Shown piece by piece: positions 56,224 to 64,000 of a DNA stretch of 64,000 nucleotides. The number at the start of each line of letters is the position of its first letter. Positions within the stretch are counted from its first letter, which is position 1. Made by a program: the position numbers and the translations under genes. Under the pieces are notes generated by a model. It was given only the letters and a program-made list of their open reading frames with translations, was not told the DNA's origin and ran no database searches. The stretch comes from Planctomycetaceae bacterium (GTDB lineage: Bacteria > Planctomycetota > Planctomycetia > Planctomycetales > Planctomycetaceae). The stretch lies in the NCBI GenBank assembly GCA_002722955.1, contig PBMZ01000076.1, positions 11,132 through 75,131 of the forward strand, in the 5' to 3' direction.

Positions 56224-59200
56224 TTACTTCTTGGGCTGTTGAGCGATTTCTTGGAAGTACAGTTTGATCAGCTTCGCGTAGTCACCGTTCAGTTTCTTCC
56301 GTGCCCCTTGGATGATCTCGGTCTTGAGATGTCCTGGTAACTTGCCCCAGTCGCGCTGACTGTACTTGCTGGGATTCTGCAAGAGCTCCTTTAGGTCAAT
56401 CGTACCTTCCATGCCACCAGCGGACTCGCCCTGAGATTGCGATGCCATCTGCGAAGTTTGCGAGCTTTGGTTCGAGTTACTCTGTCGATTGCCTCGCATC
56501 TGCTGAGCCGCTTGAGAAAGCGCCTCGGCAGCTTGACGCAAGCTTTGCGAAGAACTTTGCGACTGCGAACTTTGGCTACCTTGGCTCTGCGAATTGCCTT
56601 GGCTGTTCGAGTTCTGCTGGCTGTTTTGTTGGCTCGACTGCGACTGCGAATTCTGTTGTCCCGACGGGTTACCGTTTTGCGACTGATCACCTTGCTGCTG
56701 ACCGTCTTGTTGCTGCTGTTGGCCAGACTGCTGGAGTTGCTGGGCGGCTTGCCGTAGCTGTTGAGCAGCGTCGGCAACCTGTTCTCCCAGTGGCGGAGGA
56801 ATGGGCGACTCGGGCCCGCTCTGAGCCGTACCGGTGGCTTGATCTGCCGCTTCCCGAAGTAATCGCGCGGCATCTTGGCCCGCTTGACTGGCCTGTTGCA
56901 AGTTTCCGTCTTCGATCTGTTGACCGGACGATTGCATCTGCTGCGAGCTTTGGCCGGAAGATTGCGCGGCGGAGTTCGCTTGTTGTTGCTCGTCGTTCAA
57001 ACTGAGCGGGTCGGCTCCCAAACGATTGGCAACACCTTCAAGCTGTTGCGTCAAATCTTGTGTGCTCCGCGCAAGACGTTCCTGGGTTGCTTGTTGGAGA
57101 GCCCGGCGAGCGTCTTCGGAATTCGCCTGCTGTGCCATTTGCCCCGCCAACTGTTGTTGTTGTCCGGCAAGCTGGCCGGCTTGTTCTGCCAGCGGGCTGT
57201 TGTTGGCCGCTAAGGACTGCTGAAGGTTTTGTCCTGCTTGCGCCGCTTGTTGAGCACTGCTTTGGGCTCGCTCGACGTCACCATTCATCATCAGCTCGTT
57301 CGCTTCGGCTGCCTGTTGAGCAAATCCGATCGCTTGTTGAGCGGCTGCGGATTCGGCACCGTCCTGACGCACAACGTCGACGGCCATGCGAGCAGCCTGT
57401 GCTGCCAAGAATTGCTGACTCGGAGTTCCTTGCTGCGCTGGCGAATTACTGGGTTGCGAATTGCTCGCAGGAGAGCTGCTACTGCGACTGCTCGGCGATC
57501 CAACCGACGTAATTGCACGTTGAGACAAAGATGAGTTCGACGATGGAGACGCTGAAGCCGGCGAAGGCGATTGAGGTTGCGGCGGCTGTGGTTGAGGTGG
57601 CTGAACACCATTGTTTGCTGTCGGAGAGTTTGGAGTCGATTGTCCAGGTGACGACTGAGTAATTCGCGGAATCGCATTCGGATTTGAAGGCGTTGATGGC
57701 GAGCCGCTTGGACTCGAGGGTGAGGAACTCGGATTCGACGGTGTTGATGGTGAGCCACTTGGCTTAGAAGGCGAACTCGGCGAACTTGAGTTGTTGCTTG
57801 GCTGTGCCGATGAGTCGCCATTTGTCATCGGCTGACCAGGCGGCGTTCCAGGATACGCCGCGGGAGACGAGGGCGTCGATGGTTGACTTGGAGAATTGCC
57901 ATTCGGTTGAGGTTGCGGCGGTGGGTTGCCGTTGTTCGGTGGACTCGGATTGTTCGGTGATGGCTGATTCGGAGAATCGCCATTCGGTTGAGGTTGCGGC
58001 GGTTGGTTGCCGTTGTTCGGTGGAGTCGGGTTATTCGGAGATGGCGTGTTGCCGGGTTGCGGATTGGGTGATTGGCTTTCGTTTTGCAGCGTGGCTTGCT
58101 CTGGTCGTTGTCCAGGATTTGTTGAATTGGACGTTGGTGGTGGATTCGTCGTATTCGGATTGTTCTCTGCTGGCGGCGCTGGTGGTGGTGTGTCTCCTGG
58201 GTTGCCGGGTTGCTCGATACGGAGTTCATCGGGTCGCTGCTCTTGCTCAAGCAACTGGGCCAATTGTTCTTGCGACTGAGCCAAACGGTTCGCTCGGTTG
58301 GCCAACTCACCCAATTGATCCAGTTGGGCTCTTCTTGCGGCATCCAGTAGCTCAGGTCGCTTCTCTAAGAGCTCGTCCAATTCGGCCGACAGTTCGCGTT
58401 GTTGGTTAAACAGTTCATCACGTTCGTCGGCCATCTGGCCTTGCTGGGCTTCCGTCAAGGCGTCGGGTCGCTGAGCCATCTCAAGATTGCGGGCCTCGAA
58501 AGCTTCAGCGTCGTCGGCTAATTGATTGGCTCGCTGAGCCAAACGATTGAGTTCCAGCAGATCACGCTCGATATCGGAAAGCTCATCATACAGTTGTTGA
58601 ATCGCGGCGATTCCCGCTTCGGCCTCGGCCAACTGACGATCGGCTTCATCAAGTTGTTCGTTTCGAGACGTCTCGTTGGTGGCATCAGCAGCACGCTCGG
58701 TATGCTCGGCTGATTGCTTCAATTCTTCGTTGGCCAAGGACCGTGTCTCGACAGCAAGCTCCTCGAACAGTGGTGTCTGATCCAATTGTTGGGCAAGCTC
58801 ATCGATCTTGTCGGCGATCTGCTTTTGTTCGAGCTTGCGGTTGTCGAAGTCTTCTTCTTCAGCCGTTGCCTTCAGACGCTCGACCAGCTGACGTTGCCGT
58901 TTTAGATCGGCTTCGATTTGCTCCAACTGTTCATTGACTTGGCGTTGTTCCGTTGACAGCTCTGTGCTTCCTGGAGCGGTGGCATCGTCGCGGATCTTGA
59001 TCATCAAACGGTCGGAGAAGGCTTCGTGCGGGTTTGGAATTGTGCAACGATCGGCGGCTCGGACTTGCAAGACCAACAGATCCTTGTTGGCTACGTCGAG
59101 CTTAGCCAGATCGATTCGAAAAACGTCCTCGACCTCGCGCGAGTCCGCGGCCAGTCTTGCGGAAGGAGACTTCTCCGAGACGATTGTTTCACCATTACGT

Positions 59201-60582
59201 TGTGCTTCAACGATCAGCTCGACAGCACCTAATCCCAAATCATCGCTGGCCGCAACATTGACGGCCACAACATCCGTCGGCCGAGCTTCACGAACGGCGG
59301 GTTCGGTCCAGGCGCGGACTTGTGGCTGTTGGTCGATGATCAATTCCAGGTTGCGATCGGTGTCGTCGTTGTTTGTCAGGCCATGCTCATCACTGACTTT
59401 GATAGAGAACGCGCCGCCGCGAGTGGCCGTTGCCTTCAGCGTTCCCGTTAGACCTTCGGCAGAGAGTTCGAACCACCAGTTAATCTCGCTGGGCTCGGCG
59501 TCTTCTTCTTCAACAGCACCTACAGGGTCCGACCATTCGATCTCGGCTCGTTCGATTGGTTTGTTAAATGTCACGCGAAACGTCATTTCGCTATGTTCGT
59601 GAACGGGAATGTTGCCCACGATTCCGTCGACTGTGCGAGCGGCCGTGCCGACATAAGTGGGCGGTTCGATTTCGAGGCTCGCATCAGCAACCTCTGGTCG
59701 TTCAACCACGTTGACTTGATATTCGCGCGAGTGGCTTCGTCCGGACGAAACGTAATAATCGAAGCCCGAAAGGACGTCGGACATCGTCGTTGCATAGACC
59801 TCTTCGGCCTCGTTCCATTCCAATAGCCGCGTCTCTTGATCGCCGTCGGCGTTCGACCAGTGCAAGCGCAAGTTTTCAGGGCGCTCCTTGACACTCGCAC
59901 GCCAATCGATGGTTGCCGAGATCGCGACATCGCTACCACGAGCGACAACGCGGTCGCCGTTCGCGACTTGAATCGACATCAGCCCGACGGACTGCAAATT
60001 CTCGAACGGAGAGGCAAAACGCTCGATCAACAAAGCGTAGGCGTTCGGCGCGAACAGAAATGGCATCAGCAACGCAACGACGGAAAACACCGAAAGAAAA
60101 CAAAGTTTCTCTGTCCGCTGCGATGGAACGGCTCCCGAAAAATCGACGCGGCGCACGGCTTTCGAGGTTTGCTCGATGAGCATCTTGCGCATCACTGCCG
60201 AACCTTTGTGTGACTCGGGTGACTCCGGATCACTCAATTCGACGCTGGAAAGCAATTGCTCACCCAAACCCGGATTCGCGGCCTCGACAATCGCGGCTAA
60301 ATCGGAAGCAGAGCGTTTGCGCACGAGTGGCGCGATCATTAATCGTGCGATTGCGGCCAACCAAATCGCGGTAACGACGGCCAAGCTACCGATGCGTCCC
60401 CAGGGCGGCAAATTGACCAGCCAGTCGATCATCAAGGCGACGGCGATACTGCCAGTCGCAATGAAGACGAAAACCCCGCAACCTCGCATGAATTCGACAC
60501 GCCGAATCCGTGCGTCCATCCTTCGGAGTTTTTCCGCAATCTTTGACGGTATCGAAGTTTGTGGCTTAGGCATAGTTCTCAT
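56224..60582 (-). CDS. Large membrane-anchored low-complexity protein, DUF4175 / TIGR02302-like
   Basis: 1452 aa. The N-terminus has 2 TM helices (CGVFVFIATGSIAVALMIDWLV and IGSLAVVTAIWLAAIARLMIAPLV). These are followed by a folded ~500 aa region, a long E/Q/R/L coiled coil, a ~330 aa P/S/N/Q/G-only tract, a Q/A/S-rich tract and a conserved-looking tail DWGKLPGHLKTEIIQGARKKLNGDYAKLIKLYFQEIAQ. The family name is from memory. Confidence 0.85.
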   Translation of the reverse strand: MRTMPKPQTSIPSKIAEKLRRMDARIRRVEFMRGCGVFVFIATGSIAVALMIDWLVNLPPWGRIGSLAVVTAIWLAAIARLMIAPLVRKRSASDLAAIVEAANPGLGEQLLSSVELSDPESPESHKGSAVMRKMLIEQTSKAVRRVDFSGAVPSQRTEKLCFLSVFSVVALLMPFLFAPNAYALLIERFASPFENLQSVGLMSIQVANGDRVVARGSDVAISATIDWRASVKERPENLRLHWSNADGDQETRLLEWNEAEEVYATTMSDVLSGFDYYVSSGRSHSREYQVNVVERPEVADASLEIEPPTYVGTAARTVDGIVGNIPVHEHSEMTFRVTFNKPIERAEIEWSDPVGAVEEEDAEPSEINWWFELSAEGLTGTLKATATRGGAFSIKVSDEHGLTNNDDTDRNLELIIDQQPQVRAWTEPAVREARPTDVVAVNVAASDDLGLGAVELIVEAQRNGETIVSEKSPSARLAADSREVEDVFRIDLAKLDVANKDLLVLQVRAADRCTIPNPHEAFSDRLMIKIRDDATAPGSTELSTEQRQVNEQLEQIEADLKRQRQLVERLKATAEEEDFDNRKLEQKQIADKIDELAQQLDQTPLFEELAVETRSLANEELKQSAEHTERAADATNETSRNEQLDEADRQLAEAEAGIAAIQQLYDELSDIERDLLELNRLAQRANQLADDAEAFEARNLEMAQRPDALTEAQQGQMADERDELFNQQRELSAELDELLEKRPELLDAARRAQLDQLGELANRANRLAQSQEQLAQLLEQEQRPDELRIEQPGNPGDTPPPAPPAENNPNTTNPPPTSNSTNPGQRPEQATLQNESQSPNPQPGNTPSPNNPTPPNNGNQPPQPQPNGDSPNQPSPNNPSPPNNGNPPPQPQPNGNSPSQPSTPSSPAAYPGTPPGQPMTNGDSSAQPSNNSSSPSSPSKPSGSPSTPSNPSSSPSSPSGSPSTPSNPNAIPRITQSSPGQSTPNSPTANNGVQPPQPQPPQPQSPSPASASPSSNSSLSQRAITSVGSPSSRSSSSPASNSQPSNSPAQQGTPSQQFLAAQAARMAVDVVRQDGAESAAAQQAIGFAQQAAEANELMMNGDVERAQSSAQQAAQAGQNLQQSLAANNSPLAEQAGQLAGQQQQLAGQMAQQANSEDARRALQQATQERLARSTQDLTQQLEGVANRLGADPLSLNDEQQQANSAAQSSGQSSQQMQSSGQQIEDGNLQQASQAGQDAARLLREAADQATGTAQSGPESPIPPPLGEQVADAAQQLRQAAQQLQQSGQQQQQDGQQQGDQSQNGNPSGQQNSQSQSSQQNSQQNSNSQGNSQSQGSQSSQSQSSSQSLRQAAEALSQAAQQMRGNRQSNSNQSSQTSQMASQSQGESAGGMEGTIDLKELLQNPSKYSQRDWGKLPGHLKTEIIQGARKKLNGDYAKLIKLYFQEIAQQPKK
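57891..58052. repeat. 81 bp x 2 in-frame tandem repeat within the DUF4175-like gene
   Basis: Unit 1 is 57891-57971 and unit 2 is 57972-58052. Their first 55 nt differ at 3 positions. They encode SPNNP(T/S)PPNNGN(Q/P)PPQPQPNG(D/N)SP(N/S)QP. A second ~51 bp imperfect duplication at about 57680-57784 encodes SSSPSSPS(KP)SGSPSTPSNP. Confidence 0.85.
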
Positions 60583-60707
60583 CGTACCGCAAATTTACGC
60601 GGATCCATAGGGCAAGTGTGAGAAACGCCGTCAAGGCGCACGCTGAGCGTTTGGAGCATCGTCCTTGAGAATATGATCGGCGAGACATAACGCTTCGAGG
60701 CGGTAAT

Positions 60708-60835
60708 TTTTTGGAGTGCGGCGATTCATCGCCGCTTTCCTATGTGGCGAAGCCACTTTGTTTTCATCCGCGATACCACGATCAAAAAGTGGCTGCGAGA
60801 CAACCAAAGCGGCGATAAATCGCCGCACTCCAAAA
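60708..60835. repeat. Nested palindromic REP-like element: 30 nt outer arms (29/30), each arm internally palindromic
   Basis: TTTTGGAGTGCGGCGATTCATCGCCGCTTT (60708-60737) pairs with AAAGCGGCGATAAATCGCCGCACTCCAAAA (60806-60835). An inner pair is AGCCACTTT / AAAGTGGCT. Confidence 0.9.
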
Positions 60836-60844
60836 CCCTTCGCC

Positions 60845-61063
60845 TTAAGTCTCCGAGTCGTCCTTGTCGTTGCTGCCTTTGGGCTTCGTCAGACGCAGTT
60901 CACCATTGGGGTGCTCATACAACAGTTTTCCATTGATAGAGTAGACGTTCGCCACCCCCATATCGCGGCTTTCCTGCTGTGCCTGACGCACAGGCCGCTT
61001 CGCGAGTTGAACAAGTGGAGCGAAGTAATCGGAGACGTCTTGACCAGGATCGGGTTCAGTCAT
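60845..61063 (-). CDS. Small hypothetical protein (72 aa) translationally coupled to the sigma-54 activator gene
   Basis: The ATG at 61063 overlaps the upstream TGA (ATGA overlap at 61060-61063). The protein-like sequence is [73 protein letters not shown] recognise no family. Confidence 0.5.
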   Translation of the reverse strand: MTEPDPGQDVSDYFAPLVQLAKRPVRQAQQESRDMGVANVYSINGKLLYEHPNGELRLTKPKGSNDKDDSET

Positions 61064-62478
61064 GAGTTCTTCAGTCCGTATTCTTTGATCTTGCGATAGA
61101 TGCTGCGTTCACCGATTCCTAGCAAGGCGGCGGCTTCTTCTCGTTTGCCGTTGGTTAGCTCGAGGGCCTTTTGCACGTAGTACTTCTCGACTTCGGACAA
61201 GGGTTTGCCAATGAGCGAGTCAGTGCCGGAGATTGTTGACATGAGCGGGCTTTCGCCATCGTCGTCGCCGACCGGGACGATGTCGCGCGGGAGATCATCG
61301 ACGTCGAGCAGGCCGTCCGAATCGAGCACGACCATGCTTTCGATCGTATTGCGAAGCTCGCGGATGTTGCCGGGCCAGTCGTAAGCCATCAACGCTCGGC
61401 GGGCATCGCGAGAGACTGCGGGAGCCTCGCGACCGTGGGACTCGGCAATGCTGTTTCGGAAGTGATCGATCAATAGTGGGATGTCGACACGGCGTTCTCG
61501 CAGCGGTGGCAGCTCCACCGAGATGACCTTCAATCGATAATAAAGGTCCTGTCGGAACTTGCCGTCTTTGATCAGTTGTTCAAGATTCGCGTTGGTTGCC
61601 GCCACCAGCCGGACGTTGACGTCGATCTCTTCGTTGGCCCCGACGCGAGAAATCTTGCGGCTCTCGAGAACTCGCAGCAATTGAATTTGCGTGTCGACGG
61701 GCATCTCGCCGACTTCGTCCAAGAACAACGTGCCGCCGTTGGCATATTCGAACTTGCCGATTCGACGACCGACCGCACTGGTAAAAGCCCCCGGTTCGTG
61801 ACCGAACAGTTCACTTTCGAGGATGCTGTCTGGTAGCGCGGAAATGTTCAGAGCGACGAAGGGTTTGCTCTTGCGGTCACTGTTTTGGTGAAGGGCTCGG
61901 GCGACGAGTTCTTTGCCCGTACCGTTTTCGCCGCGGATGAGAACTGTGGAGGGCGTGGGTGCCACGGACCGCAATTGATCGATGATGCGGTTCATCGATG
62001 GGCTGTTGCCGACAACGCCTTCGAATCCGAACTTCTCGTCCAATGATTGCCGCAGTTCGGCGTTCTTGCGGATCAGGCGGATGCGCGTGGACGCTTTCTC
62101 GACGGCTTGCCGCAGCTCGTTGATGTCGAGTGGTTTGGTCAAGTACATCGACGCGCCGCCTTGACCGGCCGCCAGAGCTGATTGCACGGATGCGTGACCG
62201 GTGAGCAAGATGACTTCGGCGTCGGGCAATTCTTCTTTGGTCTTCCGCAAGATCGCTAGGCCGTCGATGTCGCCCATCTTGAGGTCGGTGACGACAACGT
62301 CGAAGTTCTCGCTTTCGATCGACGCCACACCGCGCTCGCCGGAATTCGCGGTCGAGCATTCGTAGCCGACGCGTTCCAGACTTTCCGCGACTGCCTGCGC
62401 ATGCGGCTCGTCATCATCAATGATGAGAACCTTGATTCGCATTCCTGTCAGGTCAATGGCGTCGGCGTCTTTGGGCAT
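61060..62478 (-). CDS. Sigma-54-dependent response regulator (NtrC family: REC + AAA+ + Fis-type HTH)
   Basis: The REC domain is [13 protein letters not shown]...[13 protein letters not shown]...LTKP. The AAA+ Walker A is GENGTGKE. The sigma-54 contact loop reads GAFTSA. The C-terminal HTH is [21 protein letters not shown]. The start may be M13 (62442). Confidence 0.9.
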   Translation of the reverse strand: MPKDADAIDLTGMRIKVLIIDDDEPHAQAVAESLERVGYECSTANSGERGVASIESENFDVVVTDLKMGDIDGLAILRKTKEELPDAEVILLTGHASVQSALAAGQGGASMYLTKPLDINELRQAVEKASTRIRLIRKNAELRQSLDEKFGFEGVVGNSPSMNRIIDQLRSVAPTPSTVLIRGENGTGKELVARALHQNSDRKSKPFVALNISALPDSILESELFGHEPGAFTSAVGRRIGKFEYANGGTLFLDEVGEMPVDTQIQLLRVLESRKISRVGANEEIDVNVRLVAATNANLEQLIKDGKFRQDLYYRLKVISVELPPLRERRVDIPLLIDHFRNSIAESHGREAPAVSRDARRALMAYDWPGNIRELRNTIESMVVLDSDGLLDVDDLPRDIVPVGDDDGESPLMSTISGTDSLIGKPLSEVEKYYVQKALELTNGKREEAAALLGIGERSIYRKIKEYGLKNS

Positions 62479-62524
62479 TCAAGAAGTTCCGAGGGACTGT
62501 CGGTGAAGAATCTCTAGTGACTTG

Positions 62525-62692
62525 TTAAGGATCGAGAGAAGATTACGCGAGTGTTTCTGAGCGTAGCGAAGGTGAGGTCCCCTCTCCCCACTAGTGACTA
62601 TTTGAGTAAATGCAATCGCTAGTGGGGAGAGGGGACCTACCTCGCTTCGCTCGAATCAATAAACACCCGTTTGATTTTTTCCTCGATCCTTA
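62525..62692. repeat. Nested inverted repeats (REP-like) between the kinase and regulator genes
   Basis: The outer arms TTAAGGATCGAG (62525-62536) and CTCGATCCTTAA (62681-62692) are perfect. The inner ~35 nt arms are GAGCGTAGCGAAGGTGAGGTCCCCTCTCCCCACTAG (62560-62595) and CTAGTGGGGAGAGGGGACCTACCTCGCTTCGCTC (62619-62652), with a few mismatches/indels. Confidence 0.85.
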
Positions 62693-62727
62693 ACGAGAGA
62701 CCGTTTCAGAACTCTTTCTGCTTCTCT

Positions 62728-63453
62728 TCAACGGTCTGCAACGGGAAACGCGATTTGAAACCGCGTGCCGCGTTCCAATTCGCTTTCACAAGAGATCGTA
62801 CCATGATGCGCCGTGACAATCTTCCTTACGGTAGGTAATCCGAGGCCGCTTCCGCCGGATTTGGTGGAATAAAAGATGTCGAATATCTTGTCGCGAGTCC
62901 GCTCGTTCATCCCGGCGCCATCGTCAATCAGCACCAACTGAACTTCACCGTCGAGGCTCAACGTTTGAATTTCAATGCGGCCGCCGTCCGGCATCGCTTG
63001 CTGAGCGTTCAGGGCCAGATTCATCAGGATTTGACGAATCAGCTTTTGGTCCAGCTTGACTCTGGGCAGCCCCGAGGCCAGGTGCGGACTAATCTCGACG
63101 TTGTACTCGGCAGCTTGCGGCTGAAAGAACTCGATGAATTCCGTGACAACCTGATTCAAGTCCGACTCGGTCAACTCCAACTCGCCGACTCGAGCAAACT
63201 GCAAGAAGTCGTCCAGAATTTCCTGCAAGTGTCCGCATTCTTTCTGGACCGTGCTGACCTTGCGGACCATGCGTTCTCGCTGAGGAATGTCGCCCTCGTT
63301 CAGGTCCTCGGTAAGCAACTCAAGATTCATGCTGATCGTCGACAGCGGATTCTTGATCTCATGAGCCAGCGCACCGGCAAGCGCCGCAATCTCTGCGTAC
63401 TGGTCCAGCAACCGCTGCCGTTCAGATTCTTCCAAGTGAGTGCTCACGGACAT
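62728..63453 (-). CDS. Soluble sensor histidine kinase core (HisKA + HATPase_c only)
   Basis: 241 aa. The H-box is LAHEIKNPLSTI, the N-box is LMNLALNAQQAM, G1 is IDDGAGM and G2 is GGSGLGL. There is no TM or recognisable input domain. Confidence 0.85.
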   Translation of the reverse strand: MSVSTHLEESERQRLLDQYAEIAALAGALAHEIKNPLSTISMNLELLTEDLNEGDIPQRERMVRKVSTVQKECGHLQEILDDFLQFARVGELELTESDLNQVVTEFIEFFQPQAAEYNVEISPHLASGLPRVKLDQKLIRQILMNLALNAQQAMPDGGRIEIQTLSLDGEVQLVLIDDGAGMNERTRDKIFDIFYSTKSGGSGLGLPTVRKIVTAHHGTISCESELERGTRFQIAFPVADR

Positions 63454-63661
63454 TTCTATGTGAGGAAAAAAGTCGACTATCCAACTCTACACGAATTCGC
63501 TGAATTTACCACTGCACGATGAATGTGTGAATTTGCAACTCGAAGGCGTCTTTCTCGTTCCAAGCTCTGCTGACGTACGGCGGAACGTCGGGTAAGATGA
63601 AGTATCCGCCTTGAAGCGGCAAACTCGCTCTTCGATCTAGAATCTCAGTGAAAGATGGATG

Positions 63662-64000
63662 ATGAATCAAACGGCACATCTGAGCCGCCGGCGATTCCTT
63701 TTGGGGACTGGTATCGCTTTGTCGCTACCGGCCTTCGAGAGTTTTGCAGCCGGAACTGCAACCAATGAGTCTCCGCGGCGTTTGGTTTGCGTTGGCAATC
63801 ACCTAGGTTTCTATCCAGGCAACTTCTTTCCGAAGGCGGCCGGAAAGGACTACGTGCCGACGTCAACGCTCAAGCCACTTGAGGCGCATCGTGACGATCT
63901 TACAGTGTTTTCGCATTTGGATCACGGGCTTAATGGCGGGCACAAGGCAGTTCAAGGTTTTCTGACGAGTATCAAAAAGGAAGAAGCCGCTGGGTTTCCT
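63662..64000 (+). CDS. DUF1552-like protein, 5' partial (Tat-type signal), running off the window end
   Basis: It is not in the track because there is no stop in the window. My translation from ATG 63662 is MNQTAHLSRRRFLLGTGIALSLPAFESFAAGTATNESPRRLVCVGNHLGFYPGNFFPKAAGKDYVPTSTLKPLEAHRDDLTVFSHLDHGLNGGHKAVQGFL. The twin-Arg signal plus the FSHLDHG..GGH motif are typical of planctomycete DUF1552 proteins (my recollection). Confidence 0.7.
   Translation, partial: MNQTAHLSRRRFLLGTGIALSLPAFESFAAGTATNESPRRLVCVGNHLGFYPGNFFPKAAGKDYVPTSTLKPLEAHRDDLTVFSHLDHGLNGGHKAVQGFLTSIKKEEAAGFP

Noticed and set aside
56391-60610. Many alternative-frame and antisense ORFs inside the DUF4175-like gene, for example 57291-57821, 57786-58409, 58934-59602 and 60176-60610.
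   Set aside because: They are shadows within a low-complexity, GC-biased gene. The 1452 aa frame has TM helices, a coiled coil and a conserved-looking C-terminal tail.
60583-60707. Sigma-54 (-24/-12) promoter upstream of the DUF4175-like operon, expected because of the adjacent sigma-54 activator.
   Set aside because: I searched by eye for GCAA-N5-GTGCCA on the plus strand (that is, TGGCAC-N5-TTGC on the minus strand). The GG/GC pairs that exist have the wrong spacing of about 16 nt. No site was found.
31618-64000. Mobile elements, prophage, integrase/transposase genes, toxin-antitoxin pairs, restriction-modification or other defence systems, CRISPR-Cas.
   Set aside because: None of the ORFs or my own translations showed the corresponding signatures (DDE/HUH/tyrosine-recombinase motifs, Cas proteins, repeat-spacer arrays). 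The only hints of past rearrangement are pseudogenes and REP-like palindromes.

Overview
This 64 kb window looks like a Planctomycetota chromosome segment of the Pirellulaceae / Rhodopirellula type. The evidence for that is three sulfatases, DUF1552-like and DUF4175-like genes, two prenyltransferase-repeat proteins and many long palindromic REP-like intergenic elements.

The dominant feature is missing from the supplied ORF track. Coordinates 1-31617 are one uninterrupted minus-strand reading frame with its ATG at 31617. It spans at least 10,539 codons and its 3' end lies beyond coordinate 1. It encodes a giant acidic Thr/Asp/Gly/Asn/Val-rich extracellular protein. From the N-terminus the order is:
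- a non-classical basic leader with a VEELEDKKLL motif
- about 11.7 kb of degenerate beta-solenoid-like modules with a 4.48 kb super-repeat
- about 12 kb of heterogeneous beta-sandwich-like modules
- four RTX (GGxGxD) calcium-binding blocks, two of them inside a duplicated ~0.9 kb supermodule
- a PPC-like domain, Ig-like domains and FG-GAP/VCBS-like repeats

All long plus-strand ORFs listed for 67-31611 are antisense shadows of this gene.

The right half (31.6-64 kb) contains:
- three sulfatases
- a tightly coupled truncated-hemoglobin / HD-domain (PhnZ-like) / FAD-oxidoreductase / PhnX phosphonate cluster that lacks PhnW
- an overlapping prenyltransferase-like + NhaC-family pair
- a TAXI-like binding protein whose C-terminal TM tail sits in another frame
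- a cobalamin riboswitch in front of a BtuB-like TonB-dependent receptor
- queE, an SGNH-like gene and a TrmH-family methyltransferase
- two tandem paralogous small membrane proteins
- a DUF4175-like (1452 aa, extreme low complexity) / prenyltransferase-like / vWA operon
- a histidine kinase / sigma-54 activator / small-ORF operon
- the 5' end of a DUF1552-like gene

Several genes between 37.7 and 55.1 kb appear decayed: an FHA-cyclase remnant, a beta-propeller gene with five lesions, and convergent truncated fragments. No CRISPR array, rRNA, complete tRNA, transposase or phage gene was found.
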